From positions 1-64,000 of the forward strand of contig JBBTCT010000031.1 of assembly GCA_038060895.1 (NCBI GenBank): DNA of 64,000 nucleotides, in the 5' to 3' direction. Position numbers and translations under genes: made by a program. The notes under the pieces were generated by a model. That model saw only the letters and a list, made by a program, of their open reading frames with translations. It had not been told where the DNA came from and searched no databases. Below are positions 27,683-37,696 of the stretch, one piece after another. The stretch's first letter is position 1. The number at the start of each line of letters is the position of its first letter. This DNA comes from Planctomycetota bacterium (GTDB lineage Bacteria; Planctomycetota; MHYJ01; WSZJ01).

Positions 27683-28099
27683 ATGAGTTGGGATCTCTTC
27701 GTGTTGAAGTTGCCTCCGGGAATCAAGAGGCTTGAAGAGTTGCCTGATGGCTTCCAGGCACCTCCGATCGGTCGCCGGGAGGACATCATCAAGGCCATCC
27801 TGAAGATTGCACCGGAAGCCGACTTTTCGAACCCGGAGTGGGGCACGCTCGAGGGACCAGGTTTTTCGATCGAAATCAGCCTGGGAGTGAAAGAAATCCT
27901 GACCGACTTTGCGTTCCACGTTCGCGGAGCAGACCCTGCAGTCCTTACGATTGCCAAGATCCTGGATGATCTTGGGTTGCGCGCCCTTGATCCTCAATCC
28001 GAGCTGGGATTGTTCGAGGCAGGACCTGCAGCGCTTGAGAGCCTGAAGAAGTGGCGTGAATACAGAGATCGTTGCGTCGGAAACGGCGACGGGAGTTGA
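27683..28099 (+). CDS. Hypothetical protein (lower GC)
   Basis: 138 aa ORF with SD GGAG; MSWDLFV...ADFSNPEWG. Confidence 0.75.
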   Translation: MSWDLFVLKLPPGIKRLEELPDGFQAPPIGRREDIIKAILKIAPEADFSNPEWGTLEGPGFSIEISLGVKEILTDFAFHVRGADPAVLTIAKILDDLGLRALDPQSELGLFEAGPAALESLKKWREYRDRCVGNGDGS

Positions 28100-28148
28100 T
28101 TTAAGGTAGCAACCACCTTCGCAGTGTTAGCCACTCGGGAGCACACGC

Positions 28149-28412
28149 ATGGGCCTTCTGTCCTGGATGCTGTTCGGCGCGCTCGCCGGCTGGGTCGCCA
28201 ATGGGCTGATGGGCGACCGGGAGCCGAAGGGCTGCTTCTACAACATGTTCCTGGGCATCATCGGGGCCATCCTGGGCGGGCTGCTGCTCGAAGTGATCGG
28301 CGGGCGGGAAGTGCACTTCTCGTGGAGCCTGCGGAGCTTTGGGGTCGCGGTGCTGGGGGCGGTGCTGCTTCTTGCGATCGCCGGATCGCGCCGAAAGCGG
28401 TCGAAGAGCTGA
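28149..28412 (+). CDS. GlsB/YeaQ/YmgE (transglycosylase-associated) membrane protein
   Basis: LSWMLFGALAGWVA...NMFLGIIGAILGG...VAVLGAVLLL. Confidence 0.9.
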   Translation: MGLLSWMLFGALAGWVANGLMGDREPKGCFYNMFLGIIGAILGGLLLEVIGGREVHFSWSLRSFGVAVLGAVLLLAIAGSRRKRSKS

Positions 28413-28449
28413 ACGACGCTTCAGCCGCGCGGGCAGCTACTATGCGGGA

Positions 28450-30015
28450 ATGAAACGCCTGAGAGTGGCCCTGCTCCTGATGGCAGCCGGCTGCGCCACC
28501 GAACCCGCGCCTGCCAAGCCGGCCCCTGCGGGCCCGGTGGAACGACTGGCGGACCCTGATCCAGCCGTCAGCGCCGCGGCGCGGGAGGAACTCCTCGCCC
28601 TCGACGACTTCGCGGTGCCGGGCCTGCGCGCCGACGCTGCGAACACGGAGAACCTGACCGCCCGCATGGCGCTTCTCGAAATCGCCGACACCATCGAAAC
28701 GCGGACACTTGCAGTGGCGCGCGAGTGGGAGTCCATGCCACGGTATGCGATGCATCTGGACTTCGATGTCCTGGAGAAATCCGGCGTTCCGCCCTGCGCC
28801 GTGTTCTTGCGATGGCTGTCGAGGCCGCGGGGAGACGAGGAGAAGCCTGCCCGTTCGTTGTTTCGCAGCGGGGACATTCAGTTGCTCGGGCTGAGCTGGC
28901 TTCGCGCGTACACGTTTGCCGACCTCGGCAAAGATCCGGCCGCCTGGCGCGAATTTCTGGAGAAGCACCACGGCCGGCCGGTCGCGGGGATGCGCCGCCA
29001 AGGATTGATTCAGCGCGGGTTTGAGATCGCGGATCCGGATCCCAACAAAGCCGCCAGGGCGTACCGGAGCGCCGGAAACCCCGGCAACCTGAAAGCATCG
29101 GACGGCAGCCGGTGGATCTCCGCTGACCCGGAGGATTACCTCTATCAGGCGTTCGCGGACCTTCTCGGCGCGGACTTTGCACTTCCCGCATCGAGCGACA
29201 AGTCGCCTCCCCACGTCCAGCAGGCTCTCGACTGGATCGAGCTCAACGACAGCTGGTTCGCCTGGGAAGGAGGCCGGCTGGTCTCCCGGGCAGGAGCCGA
29301 GGAATACCTCTCCGTGTACCACGCCGGAAGCGCACTCCTCCGGCTCGTCGCGCTCGCCGAACTGCGACGCTGGCCCGAGCGCATTCCGCGCGACGCCTGG
29401 AACCTGGTCGATCTCGCACCCTCACTCGTCGCCCACGCCATGCACTGCGCCGGTGTGCCGGTGCCTCGTGAAGCGCTTCCCGTGGTGCTGACCGCCCTCG
29501 GGCCCGCGAACGATCCCGGGGAACTTGCAAAGATCTGGAACGTGGGCGACCTGGAGGCCCTGGCGCAAGACAAGGATGCGGCGATCTCGACGCGCGCCGA
29601 GGCCATCCGCGTCCTCGCGACCCTCGACGCCCAAAGGGGCCTCGCCCTCTGCACTTCGATCCTCAACACCTGTAAGGACCGCCGCCTCGTGTCTGCCGCG
29701 ATCCTGGCCTGCACCCGCTTCCCGGGAAACACGGGGCTCGACGCCGCGGAGTCCTGGCTCGCGGCGGCGGAGGACGGACCCGACCGCTTCGACGTCGCCA
29801 TCGCGCTTGCCCGTCGAGGGCGCGAATCCGGGATGGAGGTCATCCTGAAGCGGGCCAGTGGCGACCTCCTGGACCGGCGGCGGGCGGCGCTCGTGCGCGA
29901 ATTTGTCGAGGGAGTGCCCGATGAGGACCACGATCACGAATGGAAGACGTGGGCCGCCGAAAGGAAGGGCTTCGTCTGGAGTCCCGAAGTTCAGAAATGG
30001 AAGCCGACCGAGTAA
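28450..30015 (+). CDS. HEAT-repeat-like lipoprotein
   Basis: Lipobox AAGC; LADPDPAVSAAAREEL and further helical repeats; TACTAT 6 nt before ATG. Confidence 0.75.
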   Translation: MKRLRVALLLMAAGCATEPAPAKPAPAGPVERLADPDPAVSAAAREELLALDDFAVPGLRADAANTENLTARMALLEIADTIETRTLAVAREWESMPRYAMHLDFDVLEKSGVPPCAVFLRWLSRPRGDEEKPARSLFRSGDIQLLGLSWLRAYTFADLGKDPAAWREFLEKHHGRPVAGMRRQGLIQRGFEIADPDPNKAARAYRSAGNPGNLKASDGSRWISADPEDYLYQAFADLLGADFALPASSDKSPPHVQQALDWIELNDSWFAWEGGRLVSRAGAEEYLSVYHAGSALLRLVALAELRRWPERIPRDAWNLVDLAPSLVAHAMHCAGVPVPREALPVVLTALGPANDPGELAKIWNVGDLEALAQDKDAAISTRAEAIRVLATLDAQRGLALCTSILNTCKDRRLVSAAILACTRFPGNTGLDAAESWLAAAEDGPDRFDVAIALARRGRESGMEVILKRASGDLLDRRRAALVREFVEGVPDEDHDHEWKTWAAERKGFVWSPEVQKWKPTE

Positions 30016-30067
30016 CAACGGTCTTCGCACGCTCGGGCAAACGCCTCTTTTTCTGCATAATCCGCGC

Positions 30068-30823
30068 ATGCGCTTCGCCTTGATCGCCCTCGCCGCCACC
30101 GCGCTGTCTTCGTGTGGCCCCGCACGTCCGCCGGAAGTCAGCGCGGCCGACAACCTGATGAACGCTCTCCTCCGCGACACCGGGACGTCGTCGCTGTTCG
30201 CGGTCCCGGCGATTTCCGAATCGATCGGCCGGGCGCGGCAGCGCCACGCGGCGTGGTTGAAGTCCTGGGAAGTGACCGGTGTGTCCGCGAGCGGCCGGAT
30301 CGGGCCGTGGTCCTCGGCGGAGGTCGCAGGGACGCTGACCGGGACCGACGGCGTGGCGCGACCCGCCGTCGTGACGTTGGCCGACCTGGACCGCTGGCAG
30401 GTGCTCGCCGTGCACGTGGACGGGAAGCTCCTGCTGCCCTGCCCGCTCAACGCGGCCGACGTGAAGAAGCCGCAGATCCTCTTTGTCCGGACACGCCGTC
30501 AAATCGGCTCCACGCCACCCGACCCGCAGCGGCGGGACAGGCTGGAACTCGAGATCATCGCCGCGCCGGGATCCAGGTCGTCCGAGGCGCCCGCGATGCG
30601 CCTTGAAGCGCGGCTGCTCGAAAAGGACGGCGCGCAGCACGGCGTGACGTTCGAGGCGGATTTCACCGCGCCCGGCGTCCATGGACTGGTGTCCGTGTTG
30701 ACCGATCCAGGCTGGTCGGGGAACTTCTTCCCGGGGAGGGGCCACAGTTCCTACAGGCTTGCAGTGACCGTGATCGACAAGTCAACGGGCGAGTCGACGA
30801 CGAGAGAAGAGGGGTTACGCTGA
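30068..30823 (+). CDS. Lipoprotein of unknown function
   Basis: MRFALIALAATALSSC lipobox; CATAAT 6 nt before ATG. Confidence 0.7.
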   Translation: MRFALIALAATALSSCGPARPPEVSAADNLMNALLRDTGTSSLFAVPAISESIGRARQRHAAWLKSWEVTGVSASGRIGPWSSAEVAGTLTGTDGVARPAVVTLADLDRWQVLAVHVDGKLLLPCPLNAADVKKPQILFVRTRRQIGSTPPDPQRRDRLELEIIAAPGSRSSEAPAMRLEARLLEKDGAQHGVTFEADFTAPGVHGLVSVLTDPGWSGNFFPGRGHSSYRLAVTVIDKSTGESTTREEGLR

Positions 30824-31795
30824 ATGAACATCTCAAGATGGCTTCGGCTTGCAGGCGTCGTCCTTGCCTCCACGGCCTTCGCTGAAGAAGCGCTGGCTCC
30901 GCTTCCCGAGGGAAATGCGGGGATCGCCGCGAAGCACCCCGGTGACGAGGGGATCGAGAAGAACCCTGCCGTCGTCTTCCACGACGGATTTGAAGACGTC
31001 TCCAAAGCCGCCGAGCTGAATGCAAAGTGGGATGCCGGCGTCTTTCAGGAGCGCTGCATCCGGATCGCCGAGGAACCGGAGAACCGGCATAGCGGGAAGC
31101 GGGCGCTCGAGTTCACCGTCCCGAAACAGGCGGAGGAGCTCAGCAACGGCGTCGCGAGGAAGATCAAGGACGAGAAGGAGGTCCTCTTTCTCCGCTACTA
31201 CTCGAAATTCGAAAAGGGATTCGACCAGGTCGGCTCAAGCCACAACGGATCGACGATCTGCGCGCACTATTTCGAGAACGGGCGGGCGACACCCGGGGTG
31301 CCGGCGGACGGGAAAAACAAGTTCCTCGCGTGCTTTGAAAATTGGCGGGGAGAGAAAGAGAAGAAGTCGCCGGGCGACTGGAACATCTACTGCTACCACC
31401 CGGAGCAGAAGGACCGCTACGGCGATCACTTCTTTCCGTCGGGCACGGTGCTGCCGAACTCGTACGAGCGGTCGGGCGAAAAGACATTCGGCAAGAGGTT
31501 CGTGGAGCGCAAGGACATGATCCCCGAGCTGGACCGCTGGTACTGCCACGAGTTCATGTTGAAAGCGAACACTGTCGGCAAACGCGACGGCCGGATTGCC
31601 TGCTGGATCGACGGCAAGCTGATCGCGGACTTCCCGAACCTCCGGCTGCGCGACGTGGAAAACCTCAAGATCGACCGCTTCGGGATCGAGCTGCACATCG
31701 GAAGCAATACGGTTCGCGAAAACAAAAAGTGGTTCGACGACGTCGTCGCAGCGACGGCGTACATCGGCCCCATGGCCCCTCCACGGAAGAAATGA
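30824..31795 (+). CDS. Secreted polysaccharide-lyase/ConA-like beta-sandwich protein
   Basis: Signal peptide; FHDGFE, LFLRYYSKF, WYCHEFMLKANT...DGRIACWIDG, WFDDVVAA. Confidence 0.7.
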   Translation: MNISRWLRLAGVVLASTAFAEEALAPLPEGNAGIAAKHPGDEGIEKNPAVVFHDGFEDVSKAAELNAKWDAGVFQERCIRIAEEPENRHSGKRALEFTVPKQAEELSNGVARKIKDEKEVLFLRYYSKFEKGFDQVGSSHNGSTICAHYFENGRATPGVPADGKNKFLACFENWRGEKEKKSPGDWNIYCYHPEQKDRYGDHFFPSGTVLPNSYERSGEKTFGKRFVERKDMIPELDRWYCHEFMLKANTVGKRDGRIACWIDGKLIADFPNLRLRDVENLKIDRFGIELHIGSNTVRENKKWFDDVVAATAYIGPMAPPRKK

Positions 31796-31812
31796 CCGCC
31801 AAGGAAACCTCC

Positions 31813-33327
31813 ATGAACCTGATCCGAACGCTCGCGCTCGTCCTTGCATGGCCCGCGCTTCTCGTCGCCGAAGAATCGCCGGCGTGGAATCCCTCGAAGA
31901 CCTTTGTCCTGGTTGCCAGCGTCATCGAATGGCCCGACAAGGGCCTGGCCGCGTTCAAGGACGCGCGGCGCGATGAAGCGCTTGTGGACCAGCTCAAGGC
32001 ATGCGGCGTGCCGGCCGGCAACGTCGTGTTCCTGAAGGACAAGGACGCGACGCTGGCGGCGATCCGGAAGGAACTGAAGGCGTTGGCGGCGCGGGCGGGG
32101 GAAGGCAGCACCTTCATCTTCTACTTCCAGGGGCACGGACTGAGCCGGAAGGAGAAAACCTGGCTCGCGTGCTACGACGTGGACCTCAAGGATTACTCGA
32201 CCGCAATGGACGTCGATGAACTCTTTCCCGTTTTCGACAAGGAGTGGAAGGGCGAGCGATTGCTGCTGGTCGGCGACTGCTGCCACTCGGGGGCGCTCGG
32301 GACCGTCGTGGATCGCTTCGAGGGAAAGGCCGGCGTCCGCGCGGCGTGCCTGACTTCGGCGACGGCGTCGAACCTCTCGACGGAGCACTGGACGTTCACC
32401 GAAGCGCTCATCACGGCGTTGGCGGGCAACGGTGCGGTTGACCGCGATCGCGACGGCAGGATCACGATCGGGGAGGCCGACGCCTTCGCCCACACCGAAA
32501 TGCTCTACCGCGAGAACCAGCTCTGCCGCGGGAAGCGCTCTTCGAATTTCGAAGAGGGATTCGTGCTGCGCGCGGTGGCGGCGGACAAACCAGCGCCGGC
32601 GAAAGTCGAGGGAGACCGGCAGGTGTTCGATTTCCTGGAGGCCTGCGACCGCGACGGAAAGTGGTACGTCTCGCAGATCCTGGCGGTGAAGGACGGAAAG
32701 TACCGTGTTCACTACCTGGGCTGGGACGCGAAGTGGGACGAGTGGGTGGGCCCGGAGAAGCTGCGCGCGATCGAGAGAACGAAGCTCAAGGTGGGTGAGA
32801 AGTACGAGATCGAGTGGCGAAAGGACCAGTGGTACCTCGCGACCGTCACAAAATCCGAGGCCGACACCTTCTACTTCGTGCATTACGAGGGCGAAAACGG
32901 CGACGACGACGAGTGGGTGACCGCGAACAAGGCCCGCCCGCCGTCGGCGGGTTCGAAGCCGAAGCCGCCCGAATTCGCCGCGCTCGCGCCGCGGGCCTTC
33001 GTGAAAGGCGACGCCGTTGCCGCGCGCTGGAGAAAGCAGTGGTTTCTCGCGACCGTCAACTCGGTCGTGGACGGCGTCCACGCCGTGACCTACGCGGACG
33101 GCGACAAAGGGTCCCTCACGGATGCCGACCTCGTCCCCGTGGCGAAAGCCTCCGAAGTCAAGGAAGGCGAGCGCGTCCTCGCCTGCTGGGGCGGGAAGCC
33201 CGAGATGTTCCCGGGAGTAGTTCTGTCGAAGACCGCCAGGGCGTGCAAAGTGAAGTGGGAGGACGGCACCAAGCCGAGCGAGGTTCCGTTCGAGCAGGTG
33301 GCCCGCATAAAACCCGCGGGCAAGTAG
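31813..33327 (+). CDS. Secreted metacaspase (peptidase C14) with EF-hand-like loop and four Tudor/Agenet-like domains
   Basis: Signal peptide; FYFQGHG and GDCCHSG dyad; DRDRDGRITIGE; YRVHYLGWDAKWDEWV, YFVHYEG...DDEWV and two more Tudor-like units. Confidence 0.85.
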   Translation: MNLIRTLALVLAWPALLVAEESPAWNPSKTFVLVASVIEWPDKGLAAFKDARRDEALVDQLKACGVPAGNVVFLKDKDATLAAIRKELKALAARAGEGSTFIFYFQGHGLSRKEKTWLACYDVDLKDYSTAMDVDELFPVFDKEWKGERLLLVGDCCHSGALGTVVDRFEGKAGVRAACLTSATASNLSTEHWTFTEALITALAGNGAVDRDRDGRITIGEADAFAHTEMLYRENQLCRGKRSSNFEEGFVLRAVAADKPAPAKVEGDRQVFDFLEACDRDGKWYVSQILAVKDGKYRVHYLGWDAKWDEWVGPEKLRAIERTKLKVGEKYEIEWRKDQWYLATVTKSEADTFYFVHYEGENGDDDEWVTANKARPPSAGSKPKPPEFAALAPRAFVKGDAVAARWRKQWFLATVNSVVDGVHAVTYADGDKGSLTDADLVPVAKASEVKEGERVLACWGGKPEMFPGVVLSKTARACKVKWEDGTKPSEVPFEQVARIKPAGK

Positions 33328-33354
33328 CCTCGCCCGCGGGTTGCCGAGTCGTTG

Positions 33355-36081
33355 CTACTCCTTGCCCTTCTTTTTCTTCTTCCCCTCGAAATCCCCCACC
33401 TGGATCGTCCCCATCTTCGAGGGATCCACGTACTTCCGCAGCGCCGCGTTCACATCCTCAAGCGTGAGATTCGCCGACGCCTCGTCGAGCTTGTTCCAGA
33501 GGGTGAAGTCCTTCCCGGCGACCTTCAGCGTGACGATCGTGCCCGCCAGGCGGGCGTCGTCCGCACGCGCCTGCGACACCTGGTTCGCGTATCCCTTCTT
33601 GAACGTGGCCAGCTCTTCCTCCGTCACGCCGGTCTTCAGTGCTTCCACCAGCTCCGTGCGGATGAGATCCAGCGCCTTCCCGGCGTTTTCAGGTTTCGTC
33701 ATCGTGTAGAGCAGGACCATCCCGAAGTCGCCCTTCAGATCTGCGATCACCATGCCGCCCGTCGCGTAACTGAGCGCCTTCTCGACCCGGACCTTGTTGG
33801 GGATCCGCGAAGCCATGCCGTCCTGGAACAGCGCGGAAGACGCGGCCTGGATCGCGGAGTAGTCCGCCGAAGCGATGCTGAGGCGGATCGGCTGGATCAT
33901 GACGCTGATCGCGCTCGGCTTGCCCGGCGTCTCCAGCCGCGCCTCGTTCTTCAGCAGCTTCTCGACCGCTTCGTTCGTCTCCTGCACGCCGGGCTTCGCC
34001 GCTTTCCAGTCCCCGACGATCGGCTTGAGAAGCGCGTCGACGTCCTTCGGATCCACGTCGCCGACGATTCCGCCGACCATCCCGTCTGCGCCCAGGAATT
34101 CCTTGTGGAAGGCGAGAACGGCCTCGACGGTCAGCTTGTCCAGCTCGGCGATCACTTCGTCAAACGTTCGCGGCAGGCGCGGATCGCCCTGGGCGAGGAT
34201 CATGGTGGGCACCGTCTGCTGCAGCAGGACCTGGGGCTCGTCGCGCGACGCCTTGATCTGGTCCTTCGTCCGGCGGACGTATTCCTGGAGGCTCGCCTCG
34301 TCGATGAGCGGCGACCTCAGCATCTCCCGCGCGAGCTTCAGCGCCTCGGGAAGCGACGCCTTCGTCGTTGAAATCGAAATCGAAGCGCCTTCGATGGAAA
34401 TGCCGAGACCGATTTCCGTCATCATCCCGGCGAGCTTCGACTTCAGCTCATCCTTCGACAGCGTCGCGGTCTTCTCCGTGATCAACTCCGACAGCGCCTC
34501 CCCGGCCACGGCCGTCGGGTAAACGATCTTCCGGCCGGCCAGCGGGACCGTGAACTGCAGGTGCACCCGGTCCCCGACCGTTTCCTTGCGCACGAGCCCG
34601 ACCTTCACCGGGCCGACGTCCAGCCACTGGAGCTTTGACATCACGTTGGCCGACGAGTAGTCGAACACCTTCACCTTTTTCGACATCGCCGGGAGCTTCG
34701 ACAGAAGCATGTCGTACTTCGACGGCGCAGGCTCAGTCTCCAGCTTCACCCCCACCGCTTCCGAGTCCGGCATGAACCTCCCGACGACCCGGTTCTCGAG
34801 CCGGATGTACTTCGCCGCAAACGCGTGCACTTCCTCGATCGTCACGCCCTTCGTCTGCTCCCGCCGCGCCAGCAGCAGCTTCCACGACCCCCACGACTCC
34901 GCTTCGCTCAACGCAAACGCCAGCGACTGCGGATTGTTGAACAGGTCGTCGAAGCCCTTCTCCATCTCGCTCTGGGCGCGCTCGAGGTCGTCTTCATCGA
35001 GCGAAGCGGCCTTGTTCTCGATCAGGTTCAGGATCGCGGCCTCGCAGGCGTCGGCGTCCTTGTCCTTCGGGACCGTCGCCATCACGAAGAACGGCGACGC
35101 ATAGCGCAGGCTGATCGTGCTCGCGGAGACGCTTCCCGCCAGGCCCTTGGCGACGACCGCGTCATGAAGCGGCCCGGAGTTCCCGGAGACGAGCATCTGG
35201 GCGAAGACGTCGGCGATGGCAGCATCGGGGTGAGACGACCCCGGGATGCGGTAGCCCGCGAGGATGACGTGCGCTTCGCCCGGCTTGCGGACGGTGTAGC
35301 GGCGTTCGCCGGATGAGGCGGGCTCGCGCGTGGTGTACCCGGGGCGGTTTTCGCCGGATCCCTTGAGGGGGCCGAAGTGCTTGTTCACGAGCTCGAGAGC
35401 GGTGGCGGTCTCGAACTTCCCGGTCACGAACAGGACGGCGTTGTCGGGCCTGTAGTACTTCTTGTAGAAGGGCAGGATGTTCTCGATGCGGAGCGACTTG
35501 AAGTCCTCGATCGTGCCGATCGGCTCGCGCGAATAGGCGTGGAAGTCGTACATGGCGCCGAACATGCCCATGACGACGAGGCGGGAGGGGTTCGAAGAGC
35601 CGATGTCGAACTCGCTCTCGACGATCTTGCCTTCCTTTTCCAGGTCGTCGGCGTTCAGGATCGCGCCGCCGAGGCGCCCGGCCTCGAGCCTGATCGCGAA
35701 CTCGAGGTTTTCGTCGGTGGCGCTGACGGTCTCGAAGAAGTTCGTGCGGTCGAACCACGTCGTCCCGTTGTAGTCCGCGCCGAGTTCCTTGAGCTTCCCG
35801 GCGATGTCGGGAATGCCCTCGACCGCGTGGAAGAGAACGTGCTCGAAGACGTGCGCCATGCCCATTTCCCCGGCGCCCTCGTGGACGGAACCGACCAGGA
35901 CGGTCAGGTTGACCGTGACCTTCGGCTTGTTCGGATCCGGAAACAGCACCACGCGCAACCCGTTCGGCATCCGGTACTCCTCGATCCCGAGGATCTGCGC
36001 GGTGCGTTCGGGGGCGGCCTCTTCGGCGCGGGCGGCAAGGGCGGACAGCACGACAGCAGCAGCGATGGCAATTCGGGTCAT
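33355..36081 (-). CDS. M16 family zinc peptidase (pitrilysin/PqqL-like), secreted
   Basis: Signal peptide; NGLRV, GMAHVFEH (HxxEH), NGTTWFDRTNF, FYKKYYRPDNA. Confidence 0.92.
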   Translation of the reverse strand: MTRIAIAAAVVLSALAARAEEAAPERTAQILGIEEYRMPNGLRVVLFPDPNKPKVTVNLTVLVGSVHEGAGEMGMAHVFEHVLFHAVEGIPDIAGKLKELGADYNGTTWFDRTNFFETVSATDENLEFAIRLEAGRLGGAILNADDLEKEGKIVESEFDIGSSNPSRLVVMGMFGAMYDFHAYSREPIGTIEDFKSLRIENILPFYKKYYRPDNAVLFVTGKFETATALELVNKHFGPLKGSGENRPGYTTREPASSGERRYTVRKPGEAHVILAGYRIPGSSHPDAAIADVFAQMLVSGNSGPLHDAVVAKGLAGSVSASTISLRYASPFFVMATVPKDKDADACEAAILNLIENKAASLDEDDLERAQSEMEKGFDDLFNNPQSLAFALSEAESWGSWKLLLARREQTKGVTIEEVHAFAAKYIRLENRVVGRFMPDSEAVGVKLETEPAPSKYDMLLSKLPAMSKKVKVFDYSSANVMSKLQWLDVGPVKVGLVRKETVGDRVHLQFTVPLAGRKIVYPTAVAGEALSELITEKTATLSKDELKSKLAGMMTEIGLGISIEGASISISTTKASLPEALKLAREMLRSPLIDEASLQEYVRRTKDQIKASRDEPQVLLQQTVPTMILAQGDPRLPRTFDEVIAELDKLTVEAVLAFHKEFLGADGMVGGIVGDVDPKDVDALLKPIVGDWKAAKPGVQETNEAVEKLLKNEARLETPGKPSAISVMIQPIRLSIASADYSAIQAASSALFQDGMASRIPNKVRVEKALSYATGGMVIADLKGDFGMVLLYTMTKPENAGKALDLIRTELVEALKTGVTEEELATFKKGYANQVSQARADDARLAGTIVTLKVAGKDFTLWNKLDEASANLTLEDVNAALRKYVDPSKMGTIQVGDFEGKKKKKGKE

Positions 36082-36163
36082 GAGACCTCCGTGGAATGTG
36101 CAGAAGGTACGGATTGGGAGGGGCGGATGTTAGCAGGCCGCAGCGCGGCGCTCCCGAAAGCGT

Positions 36164-36766
36164 CTACTTTGGAGAGGGCGTCGGACGCCCGATGTTCAGT
36201 ATGGCTTCTTCCGCGGGACTTCCGATGGCGAACACGTCAACGCGCCCCTGGAAATACAGAACGTTCAAATCGTCGCCGACATTGGCAAGCGGGCATCGAT
36301 GCCATGCGATCGGCAGGTCTGGCGGCGCGCCATCCGTAGGACCCGTATCGGGCCATGTGTACTTGACGCAGCCCTGAGGCTCGTATGAACCGGAGGGTGC
36401 CACTTCCCAAAGCAGTGACAGGCGATTTCCGCATCGGGAACAGGTGAGAAGCTCCTTCGCATCCATCCCGCATTTCTGAAGCCAATCCTCGAACGCAGGG
36501 GTGTTGGACGGGTAAGCCTTGAATTGTCCTTCGTAGAGTGCGTAGTAGACACCAAGTTGCTTGAGTGCATTCCTGACGTGGGTCTTGCGATCCGATTGTC
36601 GCGCGGCAACCATCACGGGCAAAAGAAGCAAGCCGAGCAGCCCAAGCCCCCCGATAACAACGAACACACGAAATGCTCGAGTCGTCGACCACAGTCTTGA
36701 CAACTCATTGACTGAGCTGGGGGGTTGGGCAGGAACGAGGTCGGCAGGCAGATCGGACGCATCCAT
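36164..36766 (-). CDS. Pilin/DUF1559-like protein, paralog of 17634-18176
   Basis: TM LLLLPVMVAAR, NALKQLGVYYALYEG, CSRCG, DGAPPDLPIA, NVLYFQGRVDVF; TAAAAT 6 nt before ATG. Confidence 0.75.
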   Translation of the reverse strand: MDASDLPADLVPAQPPSSVNELSRLWSTTRAFRVFVVIGGLGLLGLLLLPVMVAARQSDRKTHVRNALKQLGVYYALYEGQFKAYPSNTPAFEDWLQKCGMDAKELLTCSRCGNRLSLLWEVAPSGSYEPQGCVKYTWPDTGPTDGAPPDLPIAWHRCPLANVGDDLNVLYFQGRVDVFAIGSPAEEAILNIGRPTPSPK

Positions 36767-36784
36767 TACAGGATTTTACCGCCC

Positions 36785-37690
36785 CTACCGCACAGCTCCC
36801 TCCACGACTTCGAACGTCCTCTTCACAGGGTCGATCCGCGCCGTCACCCCCATCGGCAGCGTCACCTTGTCGTCCACGTGCCCGTACGGCACGCCGAAGA
36901 CCGCGGGGCGGCCCTTCAACATCTTTGCGTAGTGGCGCAGCGTGTGGTCGAGCGCCGGGCGAGGCTTGCAGTCGCTCCAGGTGGTGAAGACGGCGCCGGC
37001 GATGCGGTCCCAGATGCCGGCGAGGCGGAGCTGGGCGAGCATGCGATCGACGCGGCGGACTTCTTCGCCGACGTCCTCGAGCACGAGGAGGGCGCGGTCG
37101 AAGGAAGGGGTGTACGGGGTGCCGAGGAGGGTCTGGAGGACGGAGAGGGTGCCGCCGAGGATCGGTCCCTGGGCGGGGCGGTCGCCGAGGAACTCGAGCG
37201 GCTGCTTGAAGTGGAAGGTCGGCGGCTCGGGGAGCTCGACGAGGGGCCAGAAGTGGCGGGCGGTGAACGGGCGGAGGCCGCCGTTGAAATCGGTGGCGAC
37301 CATCGGGCCGGAGAACGTGACGAGGCCGGTCTTGTGCCAGATCGCGAGCTGAGGCGCGGTGAGGTCGGAGTAGCCCACGAAGATCTTCGGATACTTGCCG
37401 ATGGCCTCGTAGTCGAGGCGGTCGAGGAGGCGCGTCGCGCCGGCGCCGCCGCGGGCGCAGAAGATCGCCTTGATCGCGGGGTTGCGGAAGGCCTCGTTCA
37501 GGTCGGTGAGCCGGTCCAGGTCGCGCCCCGCGAGGTGGTCGGATTTCTCGCCGACGTGCTTGCCCAGGACGACGCGGTAACCCCGCTTTTCGATCTCGCG
37601 CACGCCACGCCGCAGCGCCGGCCTCGACGGCGCGGACGACGGGCAGACGACGGCAATCAGGTCGCCCGGCCGGAGACGCGGCGGCTTCAC
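36785..37690 (-). CDS. ldcA: LD-carboxypeptidase (S66)
   Basis: PPRLRPGD, CARGG, FVGYSDLT, LEDVGE, YGH...TLPMG. Confidence 0.9.
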   Translation of the reverse strand: MKPPRLRPGDLIAVVCPSSAPSRPALRRGVREIEKRGYRVVLGKHVGEKSDHLAGRDLDRLTDLNEAFRNPAIKAIFCARGGAGATRLLDRLDYEAIGKYPKIFVGYSDLTAPQLAIWHKTGLVTFSGPMVATDFNGGLRPFTARHFWPLVELPEPPTFHFKQPLEFLGDRPAQGPILGGTLSVLQTLLGTPYTPSFDRALLVLEDVGEEVRRVDRMLAQLRLAGIWDRIAGAVFTTWSDCKPRPALDHTLRHYAKMLKGRPAVFGVPYGHVDDKVTLPMGVTARIDPVKRTFEVVEGAVR

Positions 37691-37696
37691 GGGCGC

